NCBI RefSeq assembly: GCF_009914755.1
Contig: NC_060927.1
Strand: one strand, 5' to 3'
Source: the human T2T-CHM13v2.0 reference genome, Homo sapiens
Length of the DNA: 64,000 bases
In this document: one piece after another, positions 12,389-27,324 of the stretch
Numbering within the stretch: the first letter of the stretch is position 1
Layout of the letters: each line of letters starts with the position of its first letter
The notes under the pieces: generated by a model
Told to the model about the DNA's origin: nothing
Seen by the model: only the letters and a program-made list of their open reading frames with translations
The model's database searches: none
Translations under genes and position numbers: made by a program

Positions 12389-15300
12389 GCATAGCCAATG
12401 CAGAGGAAGCAGGATTGGTCAGATCGGAGTTTGTATTTGACTTTTATATGGTCTATTTTCAAGTAATTTGTCTTCAGAGCAAGAATAGGCTACCGGGAGG
12501 AACCCTGTAACTAAACTTCATGAAAATATAATTAAATTTCATAGCATTCCAAGGCACTAACTAAATTTGTTATATTGAAATGAAATCAGTGAACTGAGAC
12601 CTGAGGACAGGTTGAGAACCTGGGAGGTTATTTTCTAGAGAGACTGATCTCAGTTGAGTTCAGGCAAAGGGTAGGAATCATGGTATTTCTATGGTGAGTC
12701 AGTTATGGTTGTTAAATTTAGTTATTTGCTGTGCTAATAGCATAAATCAAAGAACAGGAAACTTCCTTCCTAAAATATCCGCCTGCCCTTCTAGGTTGTG
12801 CTGGCCGCATAAGATTTGCTGTTGCGGCTTTCTATGGATGGTTGACCAATTCAGATGAAGCACCCACCTGCTGTGGAAAATCTGGAAAATCAGCCAAAGT
12901 TTGTTTCAAAAACCTTACTTGACTACATATTTTAATGACTCCAAGTTATACACTTGACTAGAAATTAGTGGTGTGTGTTTTCCTCGCATATGGTTGAATT
13001 TCCCCCTCCCTGTTGCCGATTTTAAAAAGATGTTTCTTTTTTATGAACGCTGAGAGTATAAATCAAACAAAAGCCAAAGGAGCCACGTCATGTACTCAGT
13101 CTGTAGCAGCAAATGTTGTACTTGCATTAATTTTGGATAACAGGTTACAGTTTTAAATTGGATTTTTTTGTAATGCAACAGAAATTACCTTATGAAAAGT
13201 TGGTTTGAAAGGTGGCAATTCACGTGTAATTTGATGTTCCACATTAAAATATACATGTCTTACATAGTACTGCTTTCAAGCATGACTACCTGTATAATGC
13301 AATCGTGTTAAATCATTGTTACATGTATTTTTACTAATTACTGAACTGGAGTGAATTATAAATCTCTGCCAAAAACATTGACTTGCTTATACTGGGCAAG
13401 CAGTTAATCATGTTTGGTGGATCTGTTCTTTAAAATTTTTGATGATTTTATAAAGCTTTTGGATAATTAAATTAAGATGAACTACTTCCACAGTGTGTAA
13501 ATACCTTGTAATGCAGTTTTAAAGGGCTATAAAATAATAATTAAAACTTAGAATTACCAGCTTCCAATGATCATTTCAATAATCATTGCTGACAGAGGAA
13601 GAAGTAGTATTATAGAAAACAAGAGTTCGGAAAGTAATACAAGAAGCCTCAGCCATCCTCATTTTCTTTCTGTCCATCCTTACCACGTTGTATCTGCGGT
13701 GGGAGTTGACTGGATGGTAGAAGGGGAAAGCCATAGGCTAAGGGAAGACAGTACACTTATGGAAGATTGTGTATTAACCATTTTCTTTCCCTAACAGATT
13801 TTGATTGTCCCTTATTTAAATACATTTCTATGTGAAACCAGGAAATAGTAATCTTTTTTGTTGCATGTATAGTGCAAAGGTAGCTTGAGAAGCAGTATGA
13901 TAGGATGGACACCAGGATGTCATAGCTGGAAGCCTTCTTGGAAATGCAGGGAGCACAAAATGTCTTTTGAGCTTCTTTTCCCTGTACCTTTTCTCCTTTT
14001 GTTTATGCCCCACCCAGGCATGAGTTCTTTAAATCAAGGATTTCTATTCAGTTTACTGTTTTCATATTTGTACCTGAAACAGAGATAGCTAACACTGTTA
14101 CTCCAAAACTAGAGCGAAAGAATTCAGAAATATGAAGAAAATTTATATAAGTGTTTGAGGGAGGATATTAGTTTTATTTCTGACTTTTATTCAACTTTAA
14201 AAACTTAACAGCTAGCTGTGTAGTTTCCTTGAATCATCTGATCTTGTCTCCATATAAATATAGAGATTCCTAGAAATATTACTGTGAATCCATGCTGTAT
14301 GTTTTGGCTTCCTGAAAATCAACTAAGGCCCATACATGCTGTGCAGATGTTGAAAGTACAATTCTCCCTGTAGATAGCAAAGGGTAAGCGGGTAATCACA
14401 CACTCTTTCTTGTCATATTTTCTTTTAGGGTGAGAGTCTAGTAGCTGTTGGAATTTGGATTAGTAGTCCAAACTACTAGTGTTTAGTCTTCTAGAGTTTA
14501 ATAGGTCTATTGATATAGAAACAAATATAAATCTTTAGTCTGTGCATTATTATCTTTAAATGCTTATTTTAGAAAAATCTGTTGGTTGAGTTTATTGGGA
14601 CATGGAACTATGAAAGTCATGGGTATGAGCTCTGCTACTAGCACTTAGCTTTGCCAGATGGTATGATTATATAGACTGCCTTGAAAGAGGTGGTTTTCAA
14701 GGGAGCAGGTTTAAAGGGAGAATCTTTCATTCCACAGTTATTTGTGAATGTTGTGCTGGACAGACACCTATAGACAAAGCAGACCACAAACACATAAATA
14801 AATGTGAAAACTATCAGATATGTGTGTGCAGTGTATTAAAATTGGGTGAAACAATAAAAAAGTAGTTATTTCTAGAATAAAATTTATAAAGATGGATTAA
14901 GCCTCAGTGGAACAAAAATGAGGATAGACTTATAGAGCCTCTGAATATACAAAAATCCAGGTCTCATTCTGTTTACACTGCACAAAATATTGGGGACAGC
15001 TTTTATTCGGGAGATCCTTTTCATGATTTCCACTCCGTGTTTTCCTACGAAGTAACATATTTAGAAAACCTCAGAAAAACGTTTGTTTCTAGGACAGCAT
15101 AGAAGGGGAAGAAACAGTCTATTTTCCTTCCGGGCATTGGGGGAACAGAGGGAAGACCCAGGCACATGAGTGGTGGGTGGTACCTGAGGGCTTAGGGTCT
15201 AAAGAAGAAGAGTCATACTATTTTTAAAAATCCATATTTGAGACAGTGGCATTCAAAGCCCTAAATGAGTGGGGTTTGGAGGAGACCATGGAAAGTAAGA

Positions 15301-15709
15301 AAAGGACACATGAAATGACAGGAAGCCATGAGATGTCTGGATTACCATCTTGTGTGAAGTTCCTAGGCAGCACCCTCCCTCGTCCAGATGTCCCTCCCGG
15401 CGGGCCAGCACCTCCATTGAGTTCTGACTCTTGCCCTTTCCCATTGTCCTTCCTGCCTCTTCTTCAAAAAACTTTCACTAGAATGACTTTCCTTGCAGCC
15501 TCTGAACCTGTTCACTTCTCACATCCGAAACCAGCCCTTTCTTTCTCTTGTTTAGTTTCCCTCGTCCTTTTTAATCAAAAAAAGTTCAACTCTCTCTCTC
15601 CTTATGTCTCTTTTCCTGTGTTCCCACAACTGTGTAATCTTGCGTTTGCTTTTGCAAAGGCCACAACTAAGTTCCATGTTGTAAACTGAGCTATTTTAAA
15701 ATAGACCTT

Positions 15710-15910
15710 GCAACAGTAGGTACTGGGGGCTAGAGGGTGGAAGAGGGGCGTGGGTTGAAAAACTACCTATCGGATACTGTGCTCACTACCTGGGTGACAG
15801 GCTCAATCGTGCACCAAACCTCAGCAACATGCAATTTACTCATGTCACAAAATATACTCCCTAAACCTAAAATAAGAGTTGGAAAAATTAAAATAAAACA
15901 AAATAAAATA
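15710..15910 (+). mobile_element. L1 3' end fragment (L1PA15/16-like)
   Basis: GGGTTGAAAAACTACCTATCGGATACTGTGCTCACTACCTGGGTGAC...CCAAACCTCAGC...AACCTAAAATAA plus A-rich tail. Confidence 0.85.
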
Positions 15911-15914
15911 AGTC

Positions 15915-16120
15915 TTGGCATCAGATAGGATAGAGGTTCAAATCTTGGCTCTGCTACAAACTGAGTGATATCAGGCAAGTTATTTAACCTGTCTAAACCT
16001 CATATTATAAGATATGATAATAGCTTCTTTTATTATAAAGATCAAATGTGATGAGTATGTGATATATCATAAATTGTCCAATGCATTTAGCGTGGTGCCA
16101 GCCCACAGGAAGTGCTTCAT
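15915..16120 (+). mobile_element. MIR
   Basis: GGTTCAAATCTTGGCTCTGCTAC...GGCAAGTTATTTAACCTGTCT. Confidence 0.75.
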
Positions 16121-17341
16121 GAGGGATGGCTGCTGCTCCTACTTCTACTAAACAGTGCTGTTGCAGTTACTACTGCTGGACCTGCTGCTGCTTTTAATTT
16201 TGTAGGCCTGCAGTCCTCTTTATGCTACGAGCCCTTGGCTTCCACCTCTGTACTCTGTAGGCTTGCTTATTCTAACCCTGCCTGCAGCTTTCCTCTCCTT
16301 CTGACCTCTTTGGCCTTTTCCTACTACTAAGAGAAGGGGGCTCCCATGGATTCAGTCCTTTGTCCCCTGTTCTCACCACTTTGCCATCCATACTCACAGC
16401 TTTAACTCCCTGCTGTATGCTCATGACTGTCACATTTATCTCTATTGCCTGCTGACATCATTACTGGGATATCTCATGTCTCCTTCACTCATCACAAGTT
16501 AAAAACCCCCATCACCTCTCTATTCCACTGTTGCATTAGCCTCTTGACCATTCTTTTTTCTTCCATTTTTGGCTCTTTTTAAACTAAGTTGCCCCATAGC
16601 CAGAGTGATTTCTGGAAAAGGCCAATCAGATGATTCTCTTTTAAAAACCCTTCAGCCAAGCACCCAACTCCAGCCCCAGCCTCAGCAGCACCAGCTACAG
16701 AGTCTCTCCGTGACAGTCACGACGCCCCTGTCTACTTAGCACCCCATGCATCGCCTGTCACAGTATGTGCTGTGAAAATATCCATGCCAGTAAGACAAAT
16801 GAGTATACTGCATGCTTTTTGCCTCGAAGCCTCATGATGTTGACTCTGCCTGGAATATCTTTCCTCCTCTCTGCTAAGCTCACTTTGATTCTTCTCAGCA
16901 CAAACTTCATCTTCATAATCTTGGCTGGGCTGAGGGCCCCTCCTCTGTTCTTCCATAGCACCGCAACTATCTCTCACCCTGTAATTGTGACCCATTTTTT
17001 TTAAGTTAAATAAAACCGAACAGAATAGACTAGAAGAGAAAATGCTGTTTTGTATGTTTGTCTGTACTTGTATATAGGTGTGGTATAAGTTTTTTTCAAG
17101 GGCACAGTAAAAAAAAAAAGGCTTGGAAAACAGATTTGTGATGCTATACTGAGATTATCTGTTCATGTTACTCCATGAATTGTAAACTCCTTAAGAACCA
17201 GGACCATTCTTATCTTTTTAGCCCTAGTGTTAAGCAAAGCTTTAGTCAATAAAAACTTGTTAAATGGAATCTGCTAATTCTTGAAAAAGCAAAGGTGAGG
17301 AGAAACCGTGAAGTATGTGAATTCCTAGGATGAAATAAATG

Positions 17342-17388
17342 ATTTGTGAAAAGTTACTTCTCTGAGTCTAAGTGAGTTAATAACTGTG
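17342..17388 (+). repeat. 47-bp dispersed direct repeat, copy 1
   Basis: ATTTGTGAAAAGTTACTTCTCTGAGTCTAAGTGAGTTAATAACTGTG; 43/47 identical to 18472-18518. Confidence 0.9.
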
Positions 17389-18471
17389 GGCCCCCAGACT
17401 GAGCCTCCTTGTCCAGTGGACCAATAGAACCCTATGTAGGAAATCTGGAGTGAGAATCTGCTGAGGAGAGTGCCTTGTTCTCTTTTGTCAAATGTGTATG
17501 TGCAGATTCTGCAATTACATAGGCGAAAGTGAGCTCTTTTTTATTTGTTTAGGGAAACCGAGCTCCTACCACATTAGGCTATGTGAATGGCTTTTCCTGC
17601 AACCAGGATGGTGGAGGAAGGAAAGAGTGGCAGGTGAAAGGTTTCCTATCAACTTCCCATTACCTTTTCCTGCTGGCAGGCTAGAAAACAAGCCCTGAAA
17701 GAGAAGGAGTGCGTCCTTCCCTCCCAGGTGCTCACTGATGGATTTTCAGCACCGAAGCACATGGCAGGAGATGCGGGATGCTCCTTTAAGGGGTCACCAC
17801 ATTTCTTCTGTCCTAGCAGGGAGCCAGACATGACTCTATCACGCTTGCCACTTTTCCATTCTTCTCATTGTCCTATTCTCTTTTTCAAATTTTTATTTGT
17901 TCTTAATACTTTTATTGCTTTCTCATGTTTTCACTGCTACTATGCCTTTTTCTTCCTCATTTCATCCCATTCCTCCCTTCCACCTCCTTAAAAGCAAAGA
18001 ATAAAAGAAACAACTGTAAACAACACTTGTAAAAGAGAAATTAGTTATCAAATGACTTCCACTTAATTTGGGGACCTCCACTTAATACAGGAAACAAGTT
18101 TTAGTGTCATAGACCACGTATCTAAAAATGATAGTGTTCCTTAAGGGGGCATGCCTAACTTTTCTTTATCCCTGTAGGCATAGCATGGTGCTGTGCATAG
18201 AAAAATGAGCTCAATAATTGTTTGTTGTCCAGCTAGATTGAATTAATAAAGATTAAGTGTGATGCTACAACTACATTCTGTTTGACTTGCCCTGAAGCAG
18301 TTTCCTTGCTCTCTCTTTCATGTCCTTATCTGCCTCCTCCTTTTAAACATTATTATGAGTGCTTTATTTTATACTTCTGACACGTTGACATAAATGACAG
18401 TCTTGACAGATTTTATATTATTAAAAACACTACTGAATAATATCCTTGTGCTTCTTGAAGTCAGACACTTC

Positions 18472-18518
18472 ATTTGTGAAAAGTTGATTCTCTGAGTCTA
18501 AATGAGTTATTAACTGTG
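18472..18518 (+). repeat. 47-bp dispersed direct repeat, copy 2
   Basis: ATTTGTGAAAAGTTGATTCTCTGAGTCTAAATGAGTTATTAACTGTG. Confidence 0.9.
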
Positions 18519-19249
18519 AGAACAATTATCCTCTGTACTAACTCTAAAACCCTTCCATTGACAAATGGCCTCCTGAGTGTTGCTTTAGGTATAGTCAAAG
18601 CCACCTAACAGGAATTACCCCAAGAAGACTTGAGTGCCAGCCTATCCTGAGAGCCCCAAGCTGGGAGGAGTTTGAGCAGCAAATTATGAAGGAAATAGTT
18701 TTCAAAGAACTTTCTCTATTGGCAATAACATTATTATTTTTCAGATTTTACAAACAATGCATATTTACTATAAAAATCAGACTGCAGAAAGGCTTATAAA
18801 AGAAAGTGAAAATTACCTACTTTCTTATGGTCTGTCCTTTTTAGTCTATAGTCATCTTTGTTTTTGCATGTATACATAACATATGTGTTTTTAAAAGATT
18901 GTTCTAAAATGTTATTATCTGCTTAAAAAATATAACAGATATCCATCCATGTAATCAGTGTAGCTCTGTATCATTGTTTTAAGGGTTGCATGGTGTTTTT
19001 TGTAAGGTTATTCCATAATCTTTAAGCTATGTTTAGGTTGTTTCTATTTTTTTAGCATTATAAAATAATTTTCTAATTAAGGTCTCTTCTAGGTAGCTTG
19101 ATTTGTGCAAATAACTTAATCACCCTTTGGATCCTTGCTTACTTCTGTGAAAGGTGGAGTTGAGCTTGATGATCTCTTGGGTATTATGTTTAAGGTCACT
19201 TTTTATTACATATGGTTTCATGCCTTCAACTCATAGCTTTCCCTGGGAG

Positions 19250-19520
19250 AAGTGGAATAGGCAATGGTTAAGGGCATGACTGTTGTAATCACAGTGCAGG
19301 GATCCAAATTCTCTTTATTGCACTTACTAGCTGTGTGACCTTGGGAAAATTGTATAACCTTATTGAGCCTCAGCTGCCTGATCTGTATATGGAGATGATA
19401 ATACTAACATTATAATGATGTTGTAAGGATTCAGTGAAGTGTAATGCACATAAAGTGCTTAGCATGATGCCTTACATACATACTAAACACTCAATACAGG
19501 TTAGTCAATCTTTTTATTAT
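19250..19520 (+). mobile_element. MIR (near full length)
   Basis: CACTTACTAGCTGTGTGACCTTGGGAAAATT...GAGCCTCAG...ATCTGTA...TAAAGTGCTTAGCA. Confidence 0.85.
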
Positions 19521-19634
19521 TAGGATTTCCACTTCTAACGTGCCAGAAGCCTACCCATTTTTCAATGGGGAGCCAGATGACTCTCCATCTTTCCAGGTGG
19601 TCAGGCCAAGAACACTGGAGTCATCGTTGACACC

Positions 19635-20755
<1,121 letters not shown>

Positions 20756-22156
20756 AGTCTCCTACTCTCAGTTTGTGCTCCTATAGCACCACCTCTCTTG
20801 TGACTTTTGATATATTCTGGATTTACTATAGTGTGTTGTCTGCCCCCACCCCAGACTGCAAAGTCCTTGATCAGAAACAATTCCTCATATTCCTTCTACT
20901 GTCCAGTGGCATACTCTATATAGGAAGTGCTCAATAAACAGTCTAATGAATATGTTAACATCAGCAGTCATCGGTCATATAGCCACTCTGTTTCCATTTC
21001 TTTCCCACACACAGCAAATTTGTAGACCCTGGGGTCATGGTTCCACTTTATGAATGAAGTAGAGACCTTTCTGACCCAAGCGCCATTTACCCATCGCTTC
21101 CTTTTATCTTCTGCAGGTTTATTCACATCCTCTCTACCTTTCCCTCTTTTCACTTTCTCTTAGAGTTATGTCATACGTTTCACTACTTTTCTCTTTTCCA
21201 CCATCACATCGGATCCCTTTGTTAGCCAACAGATGCCTGTTACTAAAAAGAACAAGAACAGTGGCGGTCCATAAACATTAATCACCAGAGAAACAGTGTA
21301 AATTTGTGAGAGCAACAGGCTTTGAGTCTAAGTCAAGAATCTTCCAGACTGAGGTAGCCTTTGTGGAAATAGAAAGACTTAAATTGAATATTGGAAATGG
21401 GAAGGATTTGGATAGAAGAGAAGAAGGGGAAAGGTGGTTTAAATAGCGGGAAATGAGAAGCAAAAAGGAGGCAGCGGAGAGCGCACCTTGTTCACCAGCT
21501 TTCCCAGTGCTTCATTGGGCCTAGCGGACGCTTCGGAATTCCACAGAAGAGAGTTTCCAGTCTTCGTTCTCCTTCAGTTACTATTGTTTTTCTTCATATA
21601 CTAGATGGAGTAGGAGGATCAAAATGAAAGCTTTAAAAAATACTTTTAATTGAATTTAAATTGTTTTCTGTTTGGTTTAACTACTAGTATTTCAACAGTA
21701 ATTTTCCCTTATGTTTAAGTTGTCTGCCTACATTATTTCAGTTACATTGTGGATTAAATAGGCTTTTCTGGGTTGGTCTGAGATTATAAGGACTATTTAT
21801 ATTACAGTTTTTATGGGAGAATGAATTCAGGGTTGTAAACAACCGACCTATGTAGAAACTTTTGGAATGCAACTTAATGGTTGACTGTTTTCTTGTAACT
21901 GTTTTAAATTTTGTTTTGTTTTTTCATTTTGCTTTTCTAGTCTATAAATGGAATATGGTGTGTCTTCTTTCCTTTGATTCCATTGTTGCTCTGTGTAGCT
22001 AATTAGAAAGTTTATAGAAGTTATAAGTCCTGTCATAAGTCATTTTACTTCAAATTTCTTATAATATTTTAAAATTATTAATAGTTTCTTTCCACCTTTT
22101 AAAAAGATAATCAGGGAGAGCTTTTCTTTTATATTAGTTTTCCCATATAAGAGTAA

Positions 22157-22504
<348 letters not shown>

Positions 22505-23299
22505 TGAGTCATCATTATTTTGTGTGGGAGTGCAACATAAACTGCTAAAAGAGCAGTAAATAAAGATTTTGTTAAACTCTTACAGTTGTGAGATTGGACA
22601 ACAGGAGATTTGAACTCCTCAGGAGAAGCGATGGTGCAGTTGTTCCTAGAACCACACTCAGAAAATGGGGCTGGAGGAATAATGATTCCTACTGCGACTG
22701 TCAGAAAGAAAGGCCCATCTGCAAAGCCTTTGGGTTGACACTTCCTACCTGTTTGGTGTTTTGCACTTTTGGAGAGTATTTCATCACATCCATGGGGTGG
22801 AAGTGTTTTAGAAACGGAATATCCTCTGCCTGCTTTTCAACAGTTTTGTCTCCATTTATTTTAGTATTCCAAATAATTATAAAATTTACCCCAAGTCAGA
22901 AAAGAAACTACCTTTGCCACCAAAATGTTTATAATTACCTCAGTGACTGGCAATATTTTAATTCTCTACCCACACCACTTTCCAGAAAGCCCTTTCATTC
23001 TTTCTCTTGATAAATTCTAATAAAAAAATTAATTGCTGGTTGAGAGTATTTCTCCGGTTACAAAAACTCATTTCTTAAAATTTAGCATTTAAGAGAGGGT
23101 TAATTTGGAAGTTAATTATGGTTAATATTACATCAATAATTATTGTCTTTTCATTAGTTTTATAAAATAGCTCATTTGATTCATTAAGGATTATTTGGTA
23201 GGGATGAATAAAGAAAAACATGTTTTAATTGTCCTCCTTTCTAAATCATCCAGCAGATATTTACATTGAGTTGTTTTTCTTAAACAGCATTTGAATTAT

Positions 23300-23800
23300 G
23301 CAGGAATGTTCATAGCAGCATAATTGTTAATATCTCAAAAGTAAAAGCAGCCCAAATATTCATCAACTTATTAATGGATAAATATAATGTGGTATATCCA
23401 TACCATGGAATATTTGGCAATAAGAAGAAATGAAGTACTGATGCATGCTACACAGTGGTTAAACCTTGAAAACATTATGCTAAGTAAAAGAAGCCAGACA
23501 CAAAAGGCCGTATATTTATAAATCCGTTTATATGAAATGTCTGCAATAGGGCAGATCTGTGTGGGGCAGAAGGTGGATTAGTGGTTGCCTAGGGCTGGGG
23601 TCGGGGGTTGGGGGGACAAGGGGAGTGACTGCTAATGGGTGTGGAGTTTATTTTTAGGGTGATAAAAATGTACTAAAATTGATTATGGTGATGTTTGCAG
23701 AACTCTGTGAATATACTAAAAGTCATTGAATTGTACACTTTAAATAGATGAATTGTGTGGTGTGTGAATTATATCTCAATAAAACTATTGTTTTTAAAAA
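23300..23800 (+). mobile_element. Old L1 3' end (L1MB/L1ME-like)
   Basis: GAATGTTCATAGCAGCAT, AACCTTGAAAACATTATGCTAAGT, CATTGAATTGTACACTTTAAA, GAATTATATCTCAATAAA. Confidence 0.9.
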
Positions 23801-24269
23801 GCATTTCTTAGTATTCATTCACTACTTTCATTTAATGAAATGGAAGAGACTTTAGAGGTACAGAGCATGGTCAGTGACAGAGGTAAATACACAGTGAGTA
23901 CTTGAATTTACTAATCTGAGGAAAGTTCTCAGCATCTCTTTGAAACTCTATTTAGATGGGAATGAATAGAGAACAGATTCCTTATTCCATTAATTTGAAA
24001 ATATCATTGTACTTATCTACCAGAGAGAAAATCCCAGAGTTCAAATGTACTGAGAATTTTTATATAAAACCTGAATGAAATGTTTGAAAAAATCCAGTAT
24101 GTTTAATGAAGGTACATAAACTATTTCTGCATTTGATTTAGAGATGACTTTGCTGTGCATTGTCTCGAGGTCAACTATAATATATCATAGTTTGCCATAA
24201 GCCATAAAAGGCAGTTCAGACAACGCAACTGTTGGGTGCATTTTGGACTGCTACATAGCATTTATTATA

Positions 24270-27180
24270 TGCATGTATGACAAATAATATGTATATATCA
24301 TAATTTTTTAACCATTCCCCTATTGATGGTCATTTAGATTTTTTCCTGATTTGGGCTATTATGAGTGGTTCAGCAGTAGAATCCTAGTACATGACTCCTT
24401 GTGAACATGTATGTGCAAAGCTCTTCTCTATAATAGAAAATGAAAGAATTGCTGGGTAGAAGGTGTGTCCATTTCTACTTCGATACTGCCAGGTTATCCT
24501 CTCACAGGTGCCACTGTGCTCTCCCTCTGGCAGTTTCCCTACACACTTGCTAATGTTTGATATTGTCAAACTTTATCTGTGGTATAAAAAAATATTGTTT
24601 TGATTTGCAATTGCCTTTGCATGAGTATTCATGAGCTTGTTTAATGGCACTTTAATTTCCTCTTCTACAAATTATCCTTGATCCTATATCCATTTTTAAA
24701 TATTTGTTTATCTTTTTCTTATTGATTAGTGGGCATTCTTCATGTATTTTGGATATTAGTCTTCTGTCTCATAGGAATTGTAAATGTTTCTTCCTCTGTG
24801 GCATGCCTTTTGACTTTGTTTATAGTATCTTTTATCAGGCAGAAGTTTTAAATTTAGATGTAGTCAAATTTATCTTTTCTTGTGCTCAGAATCCCCTCCA
24901 TCCTCCTCCCACTTTGTTTAATTCTCTGCTGTTGCCGTCTTGAAAGTCGTGCATTTTCATTTCTCACTGGGGCACGCAAGTAATGTAGTCATTTCTGCTT
25001 ATATGTTATTTTAGGCTTAGGTCTTTAATTATTCTGGAATATTTTGGGTGTGTGTGACTTGTGTGAAAAACAGGTATAATTATTTTGTATTTTTTGCAAA
25101 TGGACAGCCAGTTATTTCAATACCATTTGTTTCATAGTTAATCCCTTTCCCATCATTTGGAATGCCACCTTTCTTATATTTTGAATTCCCTTGTATTCAT
25201 TGGACTGTCTCTGGAATATGCATTTTGTTCTATTAATCTGGTCATCTATTCCTGTACCAGTATCATGATGTTTTAATTGCTGTATCTTCACAAGGTTTTT
25301 CGATATCTGGTAGGACAAGACCTTTGCTCTTCTTTTCTAAGATTACTTCAACTATCTTGTATTTGTTTGCTTTCCTTTTTTGGCATCAACCTCTCAATTC
25401 CTTGCAAATTCCATTTGGGATTTTGTTAGGGATTATATGAATTTTATAAATTAATTTTGGAGAAAATAACATCTTCATAGTATTGAGTCTTCCCATACAG
25501 GGACAAGATATGTCTCTTCTTTAATTACCTTATGTCCTTCACTAAAGTTTTATCTATTTTTTCTTAACAGGCTTGCATACCAAGCATTTTAAATTGTTAT
25601 TTTGAATGGGATTTATTTCTAAGTTTTTTAAATTGGTGTATTTAAGAGCTAATAATTTCTGGTTTTGGTCTTGTATTTGATCTCCTTGCTGACATCCTTG
25701 TAGATCTACTGTTGATCTCTTAGCCTGTTGATTCTCTTAGCTCTTCATGTAGAGATTTTAAAATACTGACAGTGTTGTGTGTTTATTGCTAATATTTGTT
25801 TTATTTTGCTTTTTTTTTTTCGATGCTGCTTTAGCTAGAGTAAGTCTTATTCTTCTATTGGGAGGCTTCTACCATCTCATCATTAACTAAAAAGTTTACT
25901 ATTGGCTTCTCGTAGATTCTCTTTTTCAGATTAAAGAAAACTTCTATTTCTAGCATGTTGGAGTCTTACCATGAATGTGTTTTGCATTTTATCAAATCCT
26001 TTTCTCTGCAATAATTAACACAATCATATGGTTTTTATCTTTTAATTTGTTAATGTAGTAATGACCTTCATAGATTTTTTTCTCTTCTAAAACCACCATT
26101 GTATTTCTGCTTGTTCTAGATATATTGATTAGCCAGGATTTTATTTAGGCCTTCTGAATCTTTGTTCATAAGTTTGGATGATCTATGGTTTTCTTTTTTT
26201 GTTTTGTCATTGTCTGGTTTGTGTATGAGGGCTATGATCAACCAGACAATACACATGACAGCCTCTCTTCCACCCCAAATAATGATTCTGTCTAAAATGT
26301 CAACAGTGCTGTTTGAGAAACCCTGTGCTAGACTCAAAATAAACTGAATGGCTTTCTGTTTTTTTTCCTGAGTAGTTTATGTAACATAGAATTTACCTAT
26401 TCTTTCAGAATATGGTATAATTCACCTAAAATGACCTGAGCATTGTGCCGTTTTAAGAGGTAGATCTTTGAGCACCTTTTCTATTTTTGTTTGGATATCC
26501 ATCTCAGTGGTTTTCTTTTTGAGTTAATTTTGGTAATTATATCTTCCTGGAAAATTGGTCATCTGTTTTATTTTTTAGTTCATTTATATTAAATTTTAAC
26601 ATACTATCTGAATTTTGAAAGTAATAATTCTATCCTTTTTCTTTTTGAAATTCATTTTGCCAAATATTTGACTGGCTTAGGTGTCTTTGAAATCACCAGG
26701 TTTTGGTTTTATTCATTAACTCTACTATTTTCTGTTTCTTGATTTCTCATTCATCTTTTTATTGCTATATTAATTTCTCTTTTCTATATGTTTATTTTCT
26801 TTCTCTTGTTTTTAACTTTTTGAATTGAAATTTTTGGCGACTTACTTTTTATTGTTCTCATTTTCTAAACCAGCATTTAAGGCTATAAATTTTCCTGAGT
26901 GCTACTTTTCCAGTAATACATAGGATTTAGTGTATAGTGCACACATATCATTCATTTTTAAACTGCTGGTGATTTTCATTTTCACTTTTTTACTTTGACC
27001 TAAAAGTTTCTGAAGTGTTTTTAAATTTCTGCATGTATAGAATTCTTTGAGTTGTTTAGATCTGTCAGGTAATTTGGCCTGTATGTTTTCTGTTTGGGAA
27101 TGTTTTTGAGTGCTACTCTGTGGCCTAATACAAGATCTTTTTTTTGTGAATATACAAAAAATTAAAGCTTAGTAAATTAT
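24270..27180 (-). mobile_element. Highly diverged ancient L1 (L1M5/L1ME-like) ORF2 and 3' region
   Basis: ACCATTCCCCTATTGATGGTCATTTAG, CCAGTTATTTCAATACCATTTG, GTATTGAGTCTTCC, TAAGGCTATAAATTTTCC. Confidence 0.75.
26240..26325 (+). mobile_element. MER20 3' fragment within old L1
   Basis: AAAATGTCAACAGTGCTGTTTGAGAAACCCTG. Confidence 0.7.
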
Positions 27181-27324
27181 TATTCAGATTTTCTCATCAT
27201 CTGATGAGACCCTGGTGCCTGCTATGGCCTGAGCGAGAAGCCATCTATGTAGATGGGGTTCTATGTAACAGATGATAGAAACCTGAGGACTTACAAATAT
27301 ATCATCCATTCATTTAAAGTAAAG

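Noticed and set aside
15246-15689. 147-aa ORF (also 4745-5185 and 36852-37283)
   Set aside because: No recognisable domain, low-complexity composition and no supporting exon structure; consistent with chance ORFs.
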